The notes beneath the pieces were generated by a model. It was given only the letters and a program-made list of their open reading frames with translations, ran no database searches and was not told the DNA's origin. Source: Candidatus Zixiibacteriota bacterium (GTDB taxonomy: Bacteria; Zixibacteria; MSB-5A5; UBA10806; 4484-95). Taken from it: a stretch of DNA of 64,000 nucleotides. The number at the start of each line of letters is the position of its first letter. The first letter of the stretch is position 1. The stretch is taken from NCBI GenBank assembly GCA_037441845.1, contig JBBIRK010000007.1, positions 130,575 to 194,574 of the forward strand. Reading direction: 5' to 3'. Below, piece by piece: positions 54,647 to 64,000 of this stretch. A program made the position numbers and the translations under genes.

Positions 54647-55804
54647 TTATTGACCGTCAAGATCGGCCGCGCCGCCGAGGCTTTCGTATAATTCGATCAT
54701 CCGCCGTCGAAGGGAATTTATGCAGAATTCATGATCGATCCGCAATCTGCTCTGCTGCGACAAGGAACGGCGTAACTCGGAATTTTCCAGCAGGCGCAGG
54801 CAGGCTTCCGCAAGCGCTGGGGGATTATCGGCCGGTACCAGCAGGCCCGAAATTTCTTTTTCGATCACCTCGCCTATTCCGCCCACGGCTGTGGCCACGA
54901 CCGGTTTGCCGAAAGCCATCGCCTCGAGCAACACCATCGGAATCCCCTCGTGCAGCGAGCTGATGACGAAAATATCCAGGCAATTGATTATATCATAAAC
55001 GTCATCGCGAAAGCCGGTGAAAACGATGGCATCGCCGAGTCCCAGATCCTTCGCCAGCGACATCAGCGCCCCTTTTTGCGGACCGTCTCCGACGAGTATG
55101 AAGCCGGTTTTAGGCGATTTTTCGCGGATCGCCCGGGCCATCTGGATAAATCTGTCATATCCTTTCACCGGGACCATCCTGCCGGCGCTGCCGATCAACA
55201 GGTGATCGTCGGGGACTCCGAATTCGGCACGGGTTTCCCGGCAAGACCGCTTGACCGATAATTTCGCCGGGTCGATCGCATTGTGGATCGTCAGCAATTT
55301 TGACGAGGGGAATTTGTCCGACAGGCGCCGCTCCAAATCCTCCGACACCGTCACGATTCGGTCGAAATATCTGCGCGTGAAATAGTCGTTCAACGCCGAA
55401 AATACGCGGCTTTTCAGCAGGGCCAGGCCCGAAAAAGGCTCCCCTGCCCCGTGGACCGTCTGCACTAGATGTTTCACCAGCCCCCGTCTTTTCAGGATCG
55501 CCGCCAAAACGTTTTCTTTGTAGCGATGAGAATGCGCGATATCGATCCGGTTTTTTTCCGCGTAAGCTACCGCCAGCCGAACGATCCGCCTGAATCCGTT
55601 TTCCGATTCGGAAATGATATGCGGCTCTATTCCCGAATTCCTGAGATTGGCGGCCAGCCTGCCGTCATTCAACAAGAGCGCTGAAACCTCGAATCGGCTG
55701 TCGCCGACAAGCGATTCCAAAAGCGAATACATCTGCATCTCGGCGCCCGCCCAGAGATCGCCCGAGGCTATATGAAGCAATTTTATCTTGTGGTCGATTG
55801 CCAT
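54647..55804 (-). CDS. Glycosyltransferase family 4
   Basis: GDLWAGAE, HSH, TVHG, GRMVPVKG, VGDGP, FTGFR.D, EGIPMVLLEAMA (EX7E). Confidence 0.93.
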   Translation of the reverse strand: MAIDHKIKLLHIASGDLWAGAEMQMYSLLESLVGDSRFEVSALLLNDGRLAANLRNSGIEPHIISESENGFRRIVRLAVAYAEKNRIDIAHSHRYKENVLAAILKRRGLVKHLVQTVHGAGEPFSGLALLKSRVFSALNDYFTRRYFDRIVTVSEDLERRLSDKFPSSKLLTIHNAIDPAKLSVKRSCRETRAEFGVPDDHLLIGSAGRMVPVKGYDRFIQMARAIREKSPKTGFILVGDGPQKGALMSLAKDLGLGDAIVFTGFRDDVYDIINCLDIFVISSLHEGIPMVLLEAMAFGKPVVATAVGGIGEVIEKEISGLLVPADNPPALAEACLRLLENSELRRSLSQQSRLRIDHEFCINSLRRRMIELYESLGGAADLDGQ

Positions 55805-56928
55805 GTGATATATCTCTCGCCTTTGGCAAATTCGATCCAGGCTACCAGAATCGATAAGTTGGCCAATACGAAGAAATACGGGATCTTGAATACGGTAAGT
55901 TTTTGCAGCGGCCTGAAAATCGCCGCCAGCGCCGCCAGTGCGTAGAAACCGGCTTGGATCACCGCCAACGGAACCCAGACGCTGTTTGTTGCCGCCAAAA
56001 GAACGCTCGATACCATGCTCGTGATAAGCGCGAATGGAACCAACCAACGGGAGATCTTGTGGCTTAACACCTGAAAGGAAAGCATGCCGTAGCGAAACGG
56101 ATTGAGGATATGACGCAGATGATATATGACATCGATACCGTGGACGATTGTCCTCACTTTTCGTTTGAATTCCCGTTTCGGGTCGTCGAGGGTTCGATAA
56201 AATCCGATCGCCTGTTCATCGAGCACCGCCCTATAACCATAGGTGCGGGCAAGCAGGGGCAAGTAAAAATCGCTTGACATATGCGGATACCACTTATGGC
56301 AGACGTCGCGGCGGACGGCATAAAAAGAGCCGCTGGCGCCTACTATCGAAGCCGCTTGGCTTTCCAGTCGGCGCAGCGCCATTTCATAACGAACATAAAA
56401 GTTTTCCCCTTGTTCGCCGCCATCAACTCCCTCCACCGCATCCATCCCCGATATCACTCCGATTTTCGGATCGGCGAACCCCCGCACGATCTTCCTGAGC
56501 GCATCCGGTTTGAGAAACGTCGTGGCATCGGTTAGAACGAGCAGATCATTGACGGCGGTCTCGACTCCCTTTCCCTGACAATAATGTTTGCCGTTGCGCT
56601 CGTTGAATTGCAGAAGTTTTACCCCGCTCGATCGGTATTCCTTTACTATCTCGGCGGTTCTATCTGTCGAACCGTCGGATACCACTATTATCTCGAGCTT
56701 ATCGATCGGGTAGTCGAGGGAAAGGCTGTTTTCGATCTTGGGGCCGATTCTTTTTTCTTCGTTGTAGGCGGTTATGATCATACTTATCGGCGGAAACCAT
56801 TCGTCCTTAGGAAAATTCGCCGCGGGGCGCAGGAACGTCAATAGTTTCAGAAATGCAAAATAGCCGAAATAAGCCCAGATCATAACAATCACCGACAGCG
56901 CGAATATGATAAGCAAGAATATTTCCAT
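55783..56928 (-). CDS. Glycosyltransferase family 2 (membrane-anchored)
   Basis: IITAYNEE, VSDGSTD, LTDA, GASGSFYAVRR, SDF, RK.R; N- and C-terminal TM helices. Confidence 0.93.
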   Translation of the reverse strand: MEIFLLIIFALSVIVMIWAYFGYFAFLKLLTFLRPAANFPKDEWFPPISMIITAYNEEKRIGPKIENSLSLDYPIDKLEIIVVSDGSTDRTAEIVKEYRSSGVKLLQFNERNGKHYCQGKGVETAVNDLLVLTDATTFLKPDALRKIVRGFADPKIGVISGMDAVEGVDGGEQGENFYVRYEMALRRLESQAASIVGASGSFYAVRRDVCHKWYPHMSSDFYLPLLARTYGYRAVLDEQAIGFYRTLDDPKREFKRKVRTIVHGIDVIYHLRHILNPFRYGMLSFQVLSHKISRWLVPFALITSMVSSVLLAATNSVWVPLAVIQAGFYALAALAAIFRPLQKLTVFKIPYFFVLANLSILVAWIEFAKGERYITWQSTTR

Positions 56929-56970
56929 AATATTTAAGTCAAATTTTCGCCTTGCCGGAAATGTTATCGG

Positions 56971-58230
56971 TCATTTGTCTTCACCGCTTAGTCGAATCAA
57001 AATCCCGAGGATCTTTTCCAGGTCCTTACGGCTGACATAGGGATGGGTGGGGAGAGTAAACAATCGGTCGGCCAAAATCGCAGCTCCGGGAAACGTATCG
57101 GTGTTTCCGACAAAATGGCGTTCGATCCCGGGGATTTCTCTGATGGTCGTGGGATACATCGTCGAGGCCCCGATTCCGGCGCGATTCAGCGCCAAGATCG
57201 CTTTCCGCCGCAACTGGCTCGATCGCGCAAGCAGCGGCAGGCGTAGATAGGGGATGATCGTATCTTTGCGCCACCCGGGAACGACGAATCCTCTCCCCTT
57301 CAGGCTGTCGGCGATCGATTCGGCAAGATATCGGGCGTTTTCGGAGCGGATCGCATTGAGCTTTCCGATTTTTTTCAACATGTCAAGCAAAACCGAAATC
57401 TGTAACCCGGATAATCCCGAAATCGGAAAATTATCATCGTAAACCGTTTTGCCCAAACCCATAAACGGAAGCGAATCTGGAATCCAATAAAGATGGGGGC
57501 GCAGGAATAGAGAATAGACCAAAACTTTCGAGAACGCCTTAATATTATCCATTGGCCGTGGGGTATCGACTTGTTGAACCTTTTCGTCGATCGCCAGAGC
57601 CAGCTCGTCGTCGTCGGTTAAAATCGCGCCTCCGCCTACGGCGGTGATATTTTTCCCCCTGCCGAAACTGTAAAAGCCCGCCTTTCCCCATGAACCGGAT
57701 TGTTTTCCGCTATGGACTATTCCGAAAGTCTGCGCCGAATCGTCGATTATTTCCAGCCCGTTCTCGGCGGCGATCGCGGTCAGCTTCTCCAAATCGCTTA
57801 CCACTCCGAAAAGATTGCAGGGAATTATCGCCAGGGCTTTGCGAAAATCGGTCTCGGCGAGCTTGCGGTAATCATAATCGAGGCCGTTCGCATCGAGATC
57901 GGCGAGTCTTATTTTGAGCCCAGCGCGCACAATCGATGACGGCACCGAGAAACAAGTATAGGCGGGAATCACAACCTCATCGCGGTCCGAGCCTGCCGCT
58001 TTCGCCAAAGCGCCGAGAATTATGGTGAATGCGGCCCGCCCTGAATTGACTATAAAACAATGTTTGACTCCCGCATGATCGGATAGCGCCCGGCTCAAGA
58101 CCGGCTTCAAATCGATGCGGCTGTAAACCGTTTTCAGCGCCGATAGAAGTTCTGTTGTGCTGATAGGCACTCCGGCGGGGGCGATTTTGCGGAATGTCAA
58201 TCCCTGCTCCGATACTATTCTCTTTCTCAC
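56971..58230 (-). CDS. DegT/DnrJ/EryC1/StrS family PLP aminotransferase
   Basis: SGRAA, EVVIPAYTC, IIDDSAQ, SFGRGK (PLP Lys), GGGA, LPTHP. Confidence 0.88.
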   Translation of the reverse strand: MRKRIVSEQGLTFRKIAPAGVPISTTELLSALKTVYSRIDLKPVLSRALSDHAGVKHCFIVNSGRAAFTIILGALAKAAGSDRDEVVIPAYTCFSVPSSIVRAGLKIRLADLDANGLDYDYRKLAETDFRKALAIIPCNLFGVVSDLEKLTAIAAENGLEIIDDSAQTFGIVHSGKQSGSWGKAGFYSFGRGKNITAVGGGAILTDDDELALAIDEKVQQVDTPRPMDNIKAFSKVLVYSLFLRPHLYWIPDSLPFMGLGKTVYDDNFPISGLSGLQISVLLDMLKKIGKLNAIRSENARYLAESIADSLKGRGFVVPGWRKDTIIPYLRLPLLARSSQLRRKAILALNRAGIGASTMYPTTIREIPGIERHFVGNTDTFPGAAILADRLFTLPTHPYVSRKDLEKILGILIRLSGEDK

Positions 58231-59255
58231 GGGAAATTCCGTATAACCTTTGGACCGAGATAATTAGTCAGCCATAGCGGCAGCTTACGCCAAAGCGATA
58301 TCACGGTTTTGTATTTCGGATTGTCGGGGTTCATCGCCGGCACTTTATCGGTTTTTATCAAAGAATACTGCCAGTTCAGTTGAATCGGCGGAGAGACCCA
58401 CTGCTTTTTGAAATTGAAGGTGGGCGAATTCCAGGTCGAACGTCCGAAATCGAATCGGCGATACCCGTTCTCGCAGCCGTATTTGATTACCTGCCAATAT
58501 AGAGCGTGATTCGGGCAAAATTTCAGATATTCGTTATAAGAAGAGGCGGACGGCACATACAGCATATCCTTGAAAGCCAGCAGCAATCCTCCGGCGATAG
58601 GTGCTTTCTCTTTGAAAACGAGTATGATTTTGGCGGAATCGGACAACTCGGTGAGTATGTTCGCGAAAAAACGTTTACCCCAAACCGGCGTTCCGAGATC
58701 GCGCATTTTCCAGGAAAAGATGCGATAAAAATCGTCGAGTTTTTCGGCGCCGAATATCTTTATGTCGAGACCGGATTTTTCGGATTTGCGTATCTGGTTT
58801 CGCAGTTTGGCATCGAATTTTTTCCAGATCACCTCCGGATCTTTATCGAGCTCGAGGCGAAATGTCACTTTATCGTTTCGGAGCGGCGCCCCGACCAATA
58901 GCGGCTCCACGGAGCGGAACTCTACGAACTCGGCATTCCGCCTTCGCGCCAGTTCCTCGGCATGTTCGGCGATCTCCTTCGCCGCGGATTCGTCATCGGA
59001 ACAAATGCCGCTATAGTCGATCCACGGAAGCGAAACACAGAAGCGGGTTCCCCACCAGGTTTTTATGAAAGCCAATGGAAGAATCGCCCGCACCCGATCG
59101 CCGTCTATGGCCATCAAGAAGACCGTGTCATGACCCAAGCCCTCACGAATTATCTTTTTCCAGGCGTACAGGTGTCCGATATTCGATCGGCTGCTGCGAA
59201 GCGCGAATTCGTCCCAGGCCCGGCGGTGCTTTTCATCGCATTGAATTATCCGCAT
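58227..59255 (-). CDS. FemAB-related GNAT protein (type usually found in PEP-CTERM/EPS loci)
   Basis: WDEF, SLPW.DY.G, K.RNQIRK, MRDLGTPV, PNH.LYW, FDFGRS, FKKQW, NPKY...I..W..LP. Confidence 0.85.
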   Translation of the reverse strand: MRIIQCDEKHRRAWDEFALRSSRSNIGHLYAWKKIIREGLGHDTVFLMAIDGDRVRAILPLAFIKTWWGTRFCVSLPWIDYSGICSDDESAAKEIAEHAEELARRRNAEFVEFRSVEPLLVGAPLRNDKVTFRLELDKDPEVIWKKFDAKLRNQIRKSEKSGLDIKIFGAEKLDDFYRIFSWKMRDLGTPVWGKRFFANILTELSDSAKIILVFKEKAPIAGGLLLAFKDMLYVPSASSYNEYLKFCPNHALYWQVIKYGCENGYRRFDFGRSTWNSPTFNFKKQWVSPPIQLNWQYSLIKTDKVPAMNPDNPKYKTVISLWRKLPLWLTNYLGPKVIRNFP

Positions 59256-59355
59256 AAACTTATCGATTTCATTTCGTCAATCATATTGGGGTATTTCAGG
59301 TTCCCGGCGGTCGCCCGCGATTTGGGCCGACCGGCTTGAATCCGCCGTAGGCGGC

Positions 59356-59844
59356 TCAACGGATATCTTTCGCTTGCAAGGATTTTTCCATGTAAACCGC
59401 CCCGGCAATCGGGTTGAAACGATACGGTTCGATTTTCGTGAATCCGAGCGATTCGTAAAGGGCAATCGCCTCTATCATCGTCGGCAATGTATCCAGCCGC
59501 ATTTTCGAGTAACCCTTGCTTCGGGCCTCGTCAATCACTTTTTCGGCGATAAGCCGGCCGAAACCGCGTCTTCTGTAATCGGGCTTGAGGTAAAGCCTTT
59601 TCATCTCACAGATGGATGAATCGATCCGGCGCAGGGCGACACAACCTATCGGGCGATTATCGAACCGGGCGATCAACAAACAACCATCGGGCGGCGCGTA
59701 GTCCCCCGGCAACGAGTCCAGTTCGCTTTCGAAATTCTGGAAACACAGATCCACCCCGATGGCCTTCTCGTATTCCCTGAAGAGCTTTCTTATCAGCTCC
59801 AGGTCCGTATCGGTTTCAGCCGAATTGATAGAGAATCCGGTCAT
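59356..59844 (-). CDS. GNAT family N-acetyltransferase
   Basis: DLCFQNF..EL..LPG.Y, CEMKRLY..P..R..G.G, LDTL, AIALY..LGF. Confidence 0.92.
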   Translation of the reverse strand: MTGFSINSAETDTDLELIRKLFREYEKAIGVDLCFQNFESELDSLPGDYAPPDGCLLIARFDNRPIGCVALRRIDSSICEMKRLYLKPDYRRRGFGRLIAEKVIDEARSKGYSKMRLDTLPTMIEAIALYESLGFTKIEPYRFNPIAGAVYMEKSLQAKDIR

Positions 59845-59851
59845 ACGAAAT

Positions 59852-60418
59852 TTATGCTATGGACCTTTCGGTCATTTCGATACACTTTTCGGGGCAGGCC
59901 ACAGCGCAAAGGCCGCAGCCGAAACAGTTTTGCCTTATTATGTGCAAATTCCCGTTTTCCATGACTCGGGCGCCGAAATAACAGACATCAAGGCAGTCGC
60001 CGCAAAGAGTGCACATTTCAAGATCGGTTTTTTCGATCAGCGCGCCCTCATCGCAAATTTCCTCGCGATTCAAAAAATAGCCGCAGCAGTCATCGCAGCA
60101 AAAGCATATCCCTTCGGTAATGGATCGCCCTTTTTCATCGCGAAAGGGACGGGCGACGAGACGGCAGCGGACCGCCTCCTCGACAAGCGCCATAGCCTCC
60201 TGTCTGGTGATCTTCTTCAGTCCCGAGCCGCTGGTCTGGATATCGCCGCGGAACATCAAGCATAAGTCAAGACGCGACCGCCGGCAACCGCCACGCCCCT
60301 CGCGACAACTGCAGTTGCAAACCCAAAAGGCGCTGTTGGCGGCAATCAAATGTTCTGCTTCGTTATACGTGCAAACGTAGTGCAACGGCACGGCGGCCGC
60401 ACCCTCGGGGTTGTTCAT
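59852..60418 (-). CDS. Cys-rich 4Fe-4S dicluster ferredoxin-domain protein
   Basis: C.CR..C..C, ICFCCDDCC, CTLCGDCLDVC, CFGCGLCAVACP. Confidence 0.85.
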   Translation of the reverse strand: MNNPEGAAAVPLHYVCTYNEAEHLIAANSAFWVCNCSCREGRGGCRRSRLDLCLMFRGDIQTSGSGLKKITRQEAMALVEEAVRCRLVARPFRDEKGRSITEGICFCCDDCCGYFLNREEICDEGALIEKTDLEMCTLCGDCLDVCYFGARVMENGNLHIIRQNCFGCGLCAVACPEKCIEMTERSIA

Positions 60419-60476
60419 GGCTATCGCTTTCGTCTCTTTTTGTAATTGCAGACCCGCTTCATGATAATTCGCGGTT

Positions 60477-61202
60477 TCAATTCAACTTGAATTTTTCCCC
60501 CAAGTATAACTGCCGGGCCTCGGGGTCGTTGGCCAAAAATTCGGCGTTACCCGATTTCAAGATTTCGCCGTCGTAGATAATATAGGCCCGGTCGGTTATC
60601 GATAGGGTTTCGCGGACGTTATGGTCGGTGACCAGAATACCCAATCCTTTTCCACGAAGCTCGTGAATTATCTTCTGGATTTCTTCGACGGTGATAGGAT
60701 CTATCCCCGAAAACGGCTCGTCGAGCAGGATAAATTTAGGCTGGGTTGCCAGCGCCCTGGCGATCTCGACTCTTCTGCGTTCGCCGCCGGAAAGGTTATA
60801 ACCGAGTGAGTCGGCGATATCTTTGATATCGAGATCGTTCAGAAGCTGTTCCAGTCGGTTTTTTCGTTCTTGGCGGCTCAGCTTCATATATTCGAGTATG
60901 GCCATGATATTATCCGCCACCGACAGTTTGCGAAATATCGATGCTTCTTGGGGCAGGTAACCTATTCCCAGGCGGGCACGGCGATACATGGGCAGGGCGG
61001 TGATATCTTGTGAATCCAGCAATACCTTGCCGCCGTTCGGCCTTATCAACCCGGTTATCATATAGAATGTGGTCGTCTTGCCGGCGCCGTTGGGTCCGAG
61101 CAAACCCACCACCTCACCGGAATTCAAATCGATCGAGACGCCGTTCACCACCCGGCGGCCGCCGTAGGTTTTAACCAGATTATCGGTTTTCAGAGCTGTC
61201 AT
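60477..61202 (-). CDS. lptB: LPS export ABC transporter ATP-binding protein
   Basis: [52 protein letters not shown]. Confidence 0.97.
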   Translation of the reverse strand: MTALKTDNLVKTYGGRRVVNGVSIDLNSGEVVGLLGPNGAGKTTTFYMITGLIRPNGGKVLLDSQDITALPMYRRARLGIGYLPQEASIFRKLSVADNIMAILEYMKLSRQERKNRLEQLLNDLDIKDIADSLGYNLSGGERRRVEIARALATQPKFILLDEPFSGIDPITVEEIQKIIHELRGKGLGILVTDHNVRETLSITDRAYIIYDGEILKSGNAEFLANDPEARQLYLGEKFKLN

Positions 61203-61776
61203 AGCCGGTCGGGGCAGGCTCCCTGTTTTTTCCGATTTCGTTATAGTTTATATTTTCCATTCGGCCCGAGACATCACGATCGATCTCGGCGTTTTTCAGA
61301 TCCCGATCCGCCCGCAAACCCCATCCCCTAAGGATACTCCCGTCCTTTCGCTTGATCTCGACGTAATCATCGGTGGTGATCAACTCGGTTTTGGGATCCC
61401 AGAAAAGCGATTCGGTGTTGAGGATCGTGGAATCCGAACTTATCCCGACCACGTCGCCGAACAGGGCGAAATTAGCCGTCCGCTCACGGAGGAATCCTCT
61501 TTGGGCCGTCAATTTCGAGCGAGCCGCCCCGGTGGAATCGAACAGCACGATCTGGACATCGGTGGCTTCGGTGGAGTCCTTGTCCTCCCAGCGGTAGATG
61601 GAGGCGGCATCGACCACCGCGTTTTTCATCCCGTTTTGGGTCAGGACAATGGTCGCGCCTTCGATTCTGGCGTCCGGCGGTCTTTCCATTGTTTCCTTTT
61701 GCCGAGGCGATTCCGGTCGGGAGCAACCGCCTATCAATAGCAATGACATTATGACGATTATCGATCGACGGCACAT
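61180..61776 (-). CDS. lptC: LPS export protein LptC (lipoprotein-type)
   Basis: Lies between lpxL and lptB; lipobox IGG-C; beta-jellyroll motifs L.A..G, G.V, L.TE.L.W......I.TD..V.I, G.GL.AD. Confidence 0.8.
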   Translation of the reverse strand: MCRRSIIVIMSLLLIGGCSRPESPRQKETMERPPDARIEGATIVLTQNGMKNAVVDAASIYRWEDKDSTEATDVQIVLFDSTGAARSKLTAQRGFLRERTANFALFGDVVGISSDSTILNTESLFWDPKTELITTDDYVEIKRKDGSILRGWGLRADRDLKNAEIDRDVSGRMENINYNEIGKNREPAPTGYDSSENR

Positions 61777-61778
61777 CG

Positions 61779-62666
61779 TTATTTTTCTCCTGGCGGTCTG
61801 TTTCTCCAGCGATCGTGAATCCAAACCCATTGGGAGGGATCCCACATGATCAACTCCTCCAACGCCCGGTTGCATTGACCGAGCGCCATTAGCATATCGC
61901 TCCGGCGGTCGTTTGTCCAGCCGATTTCGAGCGGCGGCAGCACTCTAATCACGTATCGGGTTTCCCCTTCTCGATAAATGGCCATGGGGACGATCGGGGC
62001 ACCGGTCTTGAGGGCGATAAAAACGGGACCGGCGGCCGTGTTCGCTTTCTTGCCGAAAAAATCGACGAAATAACCGGATATTTTAGACGAATCTTGATCC
62101 AATAATACACCCAGGGCGCGGCCATCCCGGAAAGTCTTTACCAGTGATAGCGGCGATGCGGTGGTCGGGATATTTTCCAGGTGGAAACGCCGTCGTTGAT
62201 CCACCAACATCCGGTCGAGCCTTTTATCGTATAACTGCCGGCCTATTACCGACACCTTTACTCCTTTGCAGTAAGAAAACCAGGCTGCCAGCAGTTCGAA
62301 ATTTCCGATATGACCGGTAAGAGCCAAGACCCCTTTTCCTCGGGCGTACTCCTTTTCGAAATGCTCCAACCCCTCGACCCTGACTATCCGTTCCATGAAC
62401 TCTTTCGACCATTTCCCCATCCTGACAACATCGCACAGGTTGCGGCCCATTTCCTCGAAACAAGCACGGGCCAACGCTCCGGCTTTATTCTCGGAATACT
62501 TCAAGGCGGACATGATTTGTTTTACGGCCCTATTCCGATCTTTTGTTCCCAATAGATACCAGACGCCTCCGGCGAACGTTCCGAACTTCAATGCCAGCCG
62601 ACGGGGAATCGCGTTAAAAATACTTTTCACTATTATGATTGCGATATATATAAGGTCGTTTTTCAA
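61779..62666 (-). CDS. lpxL: Lipid A late acyltransferase (LpxL/HtrB family)
   Basis: TGHIGNFE (H-x4-E), LLDQ, VDFFG, P.QWVWIH.RW; kds/lpt context. Confidence 0.88.
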   Translation of the reverse strand: MKNDLIYIAIIIVKSIFNAIPRRLALKFGTFAGGVWYLLGTKDRNRAVKQIMSALKYSENKAGALARACFEEMGRNLCDVVRMGKWSKEFMERIVRVEGLEHFEKEYARGKGVLALTGHIGNFELLAAWFSYCKGVKVSVIGRQLYDKRLDRMLVDQRRRFHLENIPTTASPLSLVKTFRDGRALGVLLDQDSSKISGYFVDFFGKKANTAAGPVFIALKTGAPIVPMAIYREGETRYVIRVLPPLEIGWTNDRRSDMLMALGQCNRALEELIMWDPSQWVWIHDRWRNRPPGEK

Positions 62667-63631
62667 ATTACTTTGGCGTCAAGAATATCGTGCATGTGAA
62701 GCAAGCCGATAAGTTTGTTGTCGTCGCCGACCACCGCCAGGCTGGTTATTTTATGTTTTTCCATGAGATTCAAAGCATCGATCGCCAATCTATCGGCGCC
62801 GATCGTTTTGGGCCTGGTCGTCATTATATCGCCGGCGGTAAGGATTTCGAGCTTGGGCTTTTTTTCGATCGCCCGCCGCAAATCGCCGTCGGTGACTATC
62901 CCCAGCAATCTATTTTCGGAATCGACCACGGTTGTGGTTCCCAGTCTTTTTCCGGTCATTTCGAGTATGGTTTTCATGAACGGCGTGTCCGGGCTCACCC
63001 GGGGCACTTCATCACCGGTGTGCATTATCTGGGCCACTTTTATCAGGCTTCGGCCGATCGCCCCTCCCGGGTGAAAAATGGCGAAATCGTCGGGGGTGAG
63101 TCCGCGTCTTTCCATCAGGGCGACAGCCAGCGCATCCCCCATAACCATGGCGGCCGTCGTGGAGGAAGTCGGGACGAGATTGTTCGGGCAGGCTTCCATC
63201 TCCACCGAGGCATCAAGCACCACATCGGCCTGGCCGGCAAGAACCGATTTAGGGTCGCCGGTCAAGGCGATAATCGGGACATTCAGCCGTTTGAGCAGCG
63301 GAAGCATCGTCAGCAGTTCCTCGGTTTCCCCCGATTTGCTGATGGCGATCAGCAGGTCGTCCTGGCGCACCAGACCGAGATCGCCGTGCATCCCCTCGGC
63401 CGGGTGAAAAAATATGGCCGGAATTCCGATCGAAGAAAAGGTCGAGGCGATCTTCTTGGCGATAATGCCCGATTTGCCGATCCCGCTTACGATCACCCGC
63501 CCTTTGGTCGAATCGATCAACTCCACGGCCCGCAAAAAATCGCTGTCGAGCCTTTCGGCCAGGGCAACGATCGCCTCGGCCTCGATTTTGATCGCTTTCC
63601 TGGCTTTTTCAAGCAAGCCGTTTTTCTTCAT
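62663..63631 (-). CDS. kdsD: Arabinose-5-phosphate isomerase (KpsF/GutQ; SIS + CBS pair)
   Basis: GIGKSG, STFSSIG, HGDLG, SKSGET.E, EACP.NL.PTSST, FHPGG, TDGDLRR. Confidence 0.96.
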   Translation of the reverse strand: MKKNGLLEKARKAIKIEAEAIVALAERLDSDFLRAVELIDSTKGRVIVSGIGKSGIIAKKIASTFSSIGIPAIFFHPAEGMHGDLGLVRQDDLLIAISKSGETEELLTMLPLLKRLNVPIIALTGDPKSVLAGQADVVLDASVEMEACPNNLVPTSSTTAAMVMGDALAVALMERRGLTPDDFAIFHPGGAIGRSLIKVAQIMHTGDEVPRVSPDTPFMKTILEMTGKRLGTTTVVDSENRLLGIVTDGDLRRAIEKKPKLEILTAGDIMTTRPKTIGADRLAIDALNLMEKHKITSLAVVGDDNKLIGLLHMHDILDAKVI

Positions 63632-64000
63632 CGATTCCCTTTGCTTCGAAAATCATATCGATTATCTCCCGAACCGCACCGTCTCCACCTCTTTTTCGGG
63701 TTACATAATCGGCGACTTTCAACACGGCCATCGGACTGTCGGGCACAGCGATCGCCAGGCCGGCCGCCGCCATAGGTGCCATATCGACAAGATCGTTGCC
63801 GGCGAAAGCGATGCCGATGTCACTCACGTTGTATTTTGCCGCCAATTCCCGGTAACTCTGCATCTTATCCACCGGCTTCTGGATAACATCGGCCACTCCC
63901 AGCTCGAGGGCGCGGATCTCGGTGGCCGGTGACGGTCTCCCCGAGACGAAAGCGATTTTGATACCATGTTTCAGGGCAAGATGGATCCCGAGTCCGTCGG
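63609..64000 (-). CDS. kdsC: KDO-8-phosphate phosphatase, 3' part (start lies beyond the window)
   Basis: Own translation: DGLGI......I.IAFVSGR.S.....RA.ELG..., K, G.D..D, GG.GAVRE. Confidence 0.9.
   Translation of the reverse strand, partial: DGLGIHLALKHGIKIAFVSGRPSPATEIRALELGVADVIQKPVDKMQSYRELAAKYNVSDIGIAFAGNDLVDMAPMAAAGLAIAVPDSPMAVLKVADYVTRKRGGDGAVREIIDMIFEAKGIDEEKRLA

Noticed and set aside
55805..56047. N-terminal extensions in the ORF track (GT4; likewise lptC, pyrK, YbhB, TPR and DUF362 genes)
   Set aside because: They overlap neighbouring genes or promoters; downstream starts fit the SD sites, signal peptides and family N-termini better.
6651..63775. Long antisense or overlapping ORFs (e.g. 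6651-7697, 9588-10685, 34094-34978, 37213-38046, 49280-50341, 62690-63775)
   Set aside because: They are shadows of well-supported genes on the opposite strand and have no motifs or SD sites.
1..64000. CRISPR arrays, rRNA/tRNA genes, transposases, integrases, phage genes
   Set aside because: I saw no regularly spaced repeats, RNA gene signatures or mobile-element motifs on reading; a covariance-model scan was not possible.

Overview
Gene-dense chromosomal segment of about 50 CDSs from a diderm, LPS-producing bacterium. The kdsC-kdsD-lpxL-lptC-lptB run, Fe-S proteins, two PAS hybrid kinases and five proteins ending in a [Y/F]PNPFN...SG[VIL]Y...[KR]x(3)[LI][KR] Por/FlgD-type C-terminal domain (CTD) suggest a non-Bacteroidota FCB-group lineage such as Zixibacteria (inference only). 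Housekeeping genes (priA, valS, nnr, rlmI-like, sthA, tag, pyrK-pyrD-pyrF, nupC) are mixed with exported enzymes and a surface-polysaccharide modification cluster (FemAB-like, DegT, GT2, GT4, VanZ-CBM, SGNH-like). I found no rRNA, tRNA, CRISPR, IS or prophage. Most notable observations: (1) a HisC-family PLP enzyme with both a twin-arginine signal and a T9SS-type CTD; (2) a SprE/PorW-like TPR lipoprotein fused to a TonB C-terminal domain, whose linker is packed with Bacteroidota-type D-[ST]-[AILVMT] O-glycosylation sequons; together these hint at a variant T9SS-like export system; (3) a monocistronic orphan gene with a near-consensus sigma54 promoter; (4) a beta carbonic anhydrase frameshifted by a CT duplication; (5) several near-leaderless promoters. 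All family calls come from reading motifs by eye; no searches were run.
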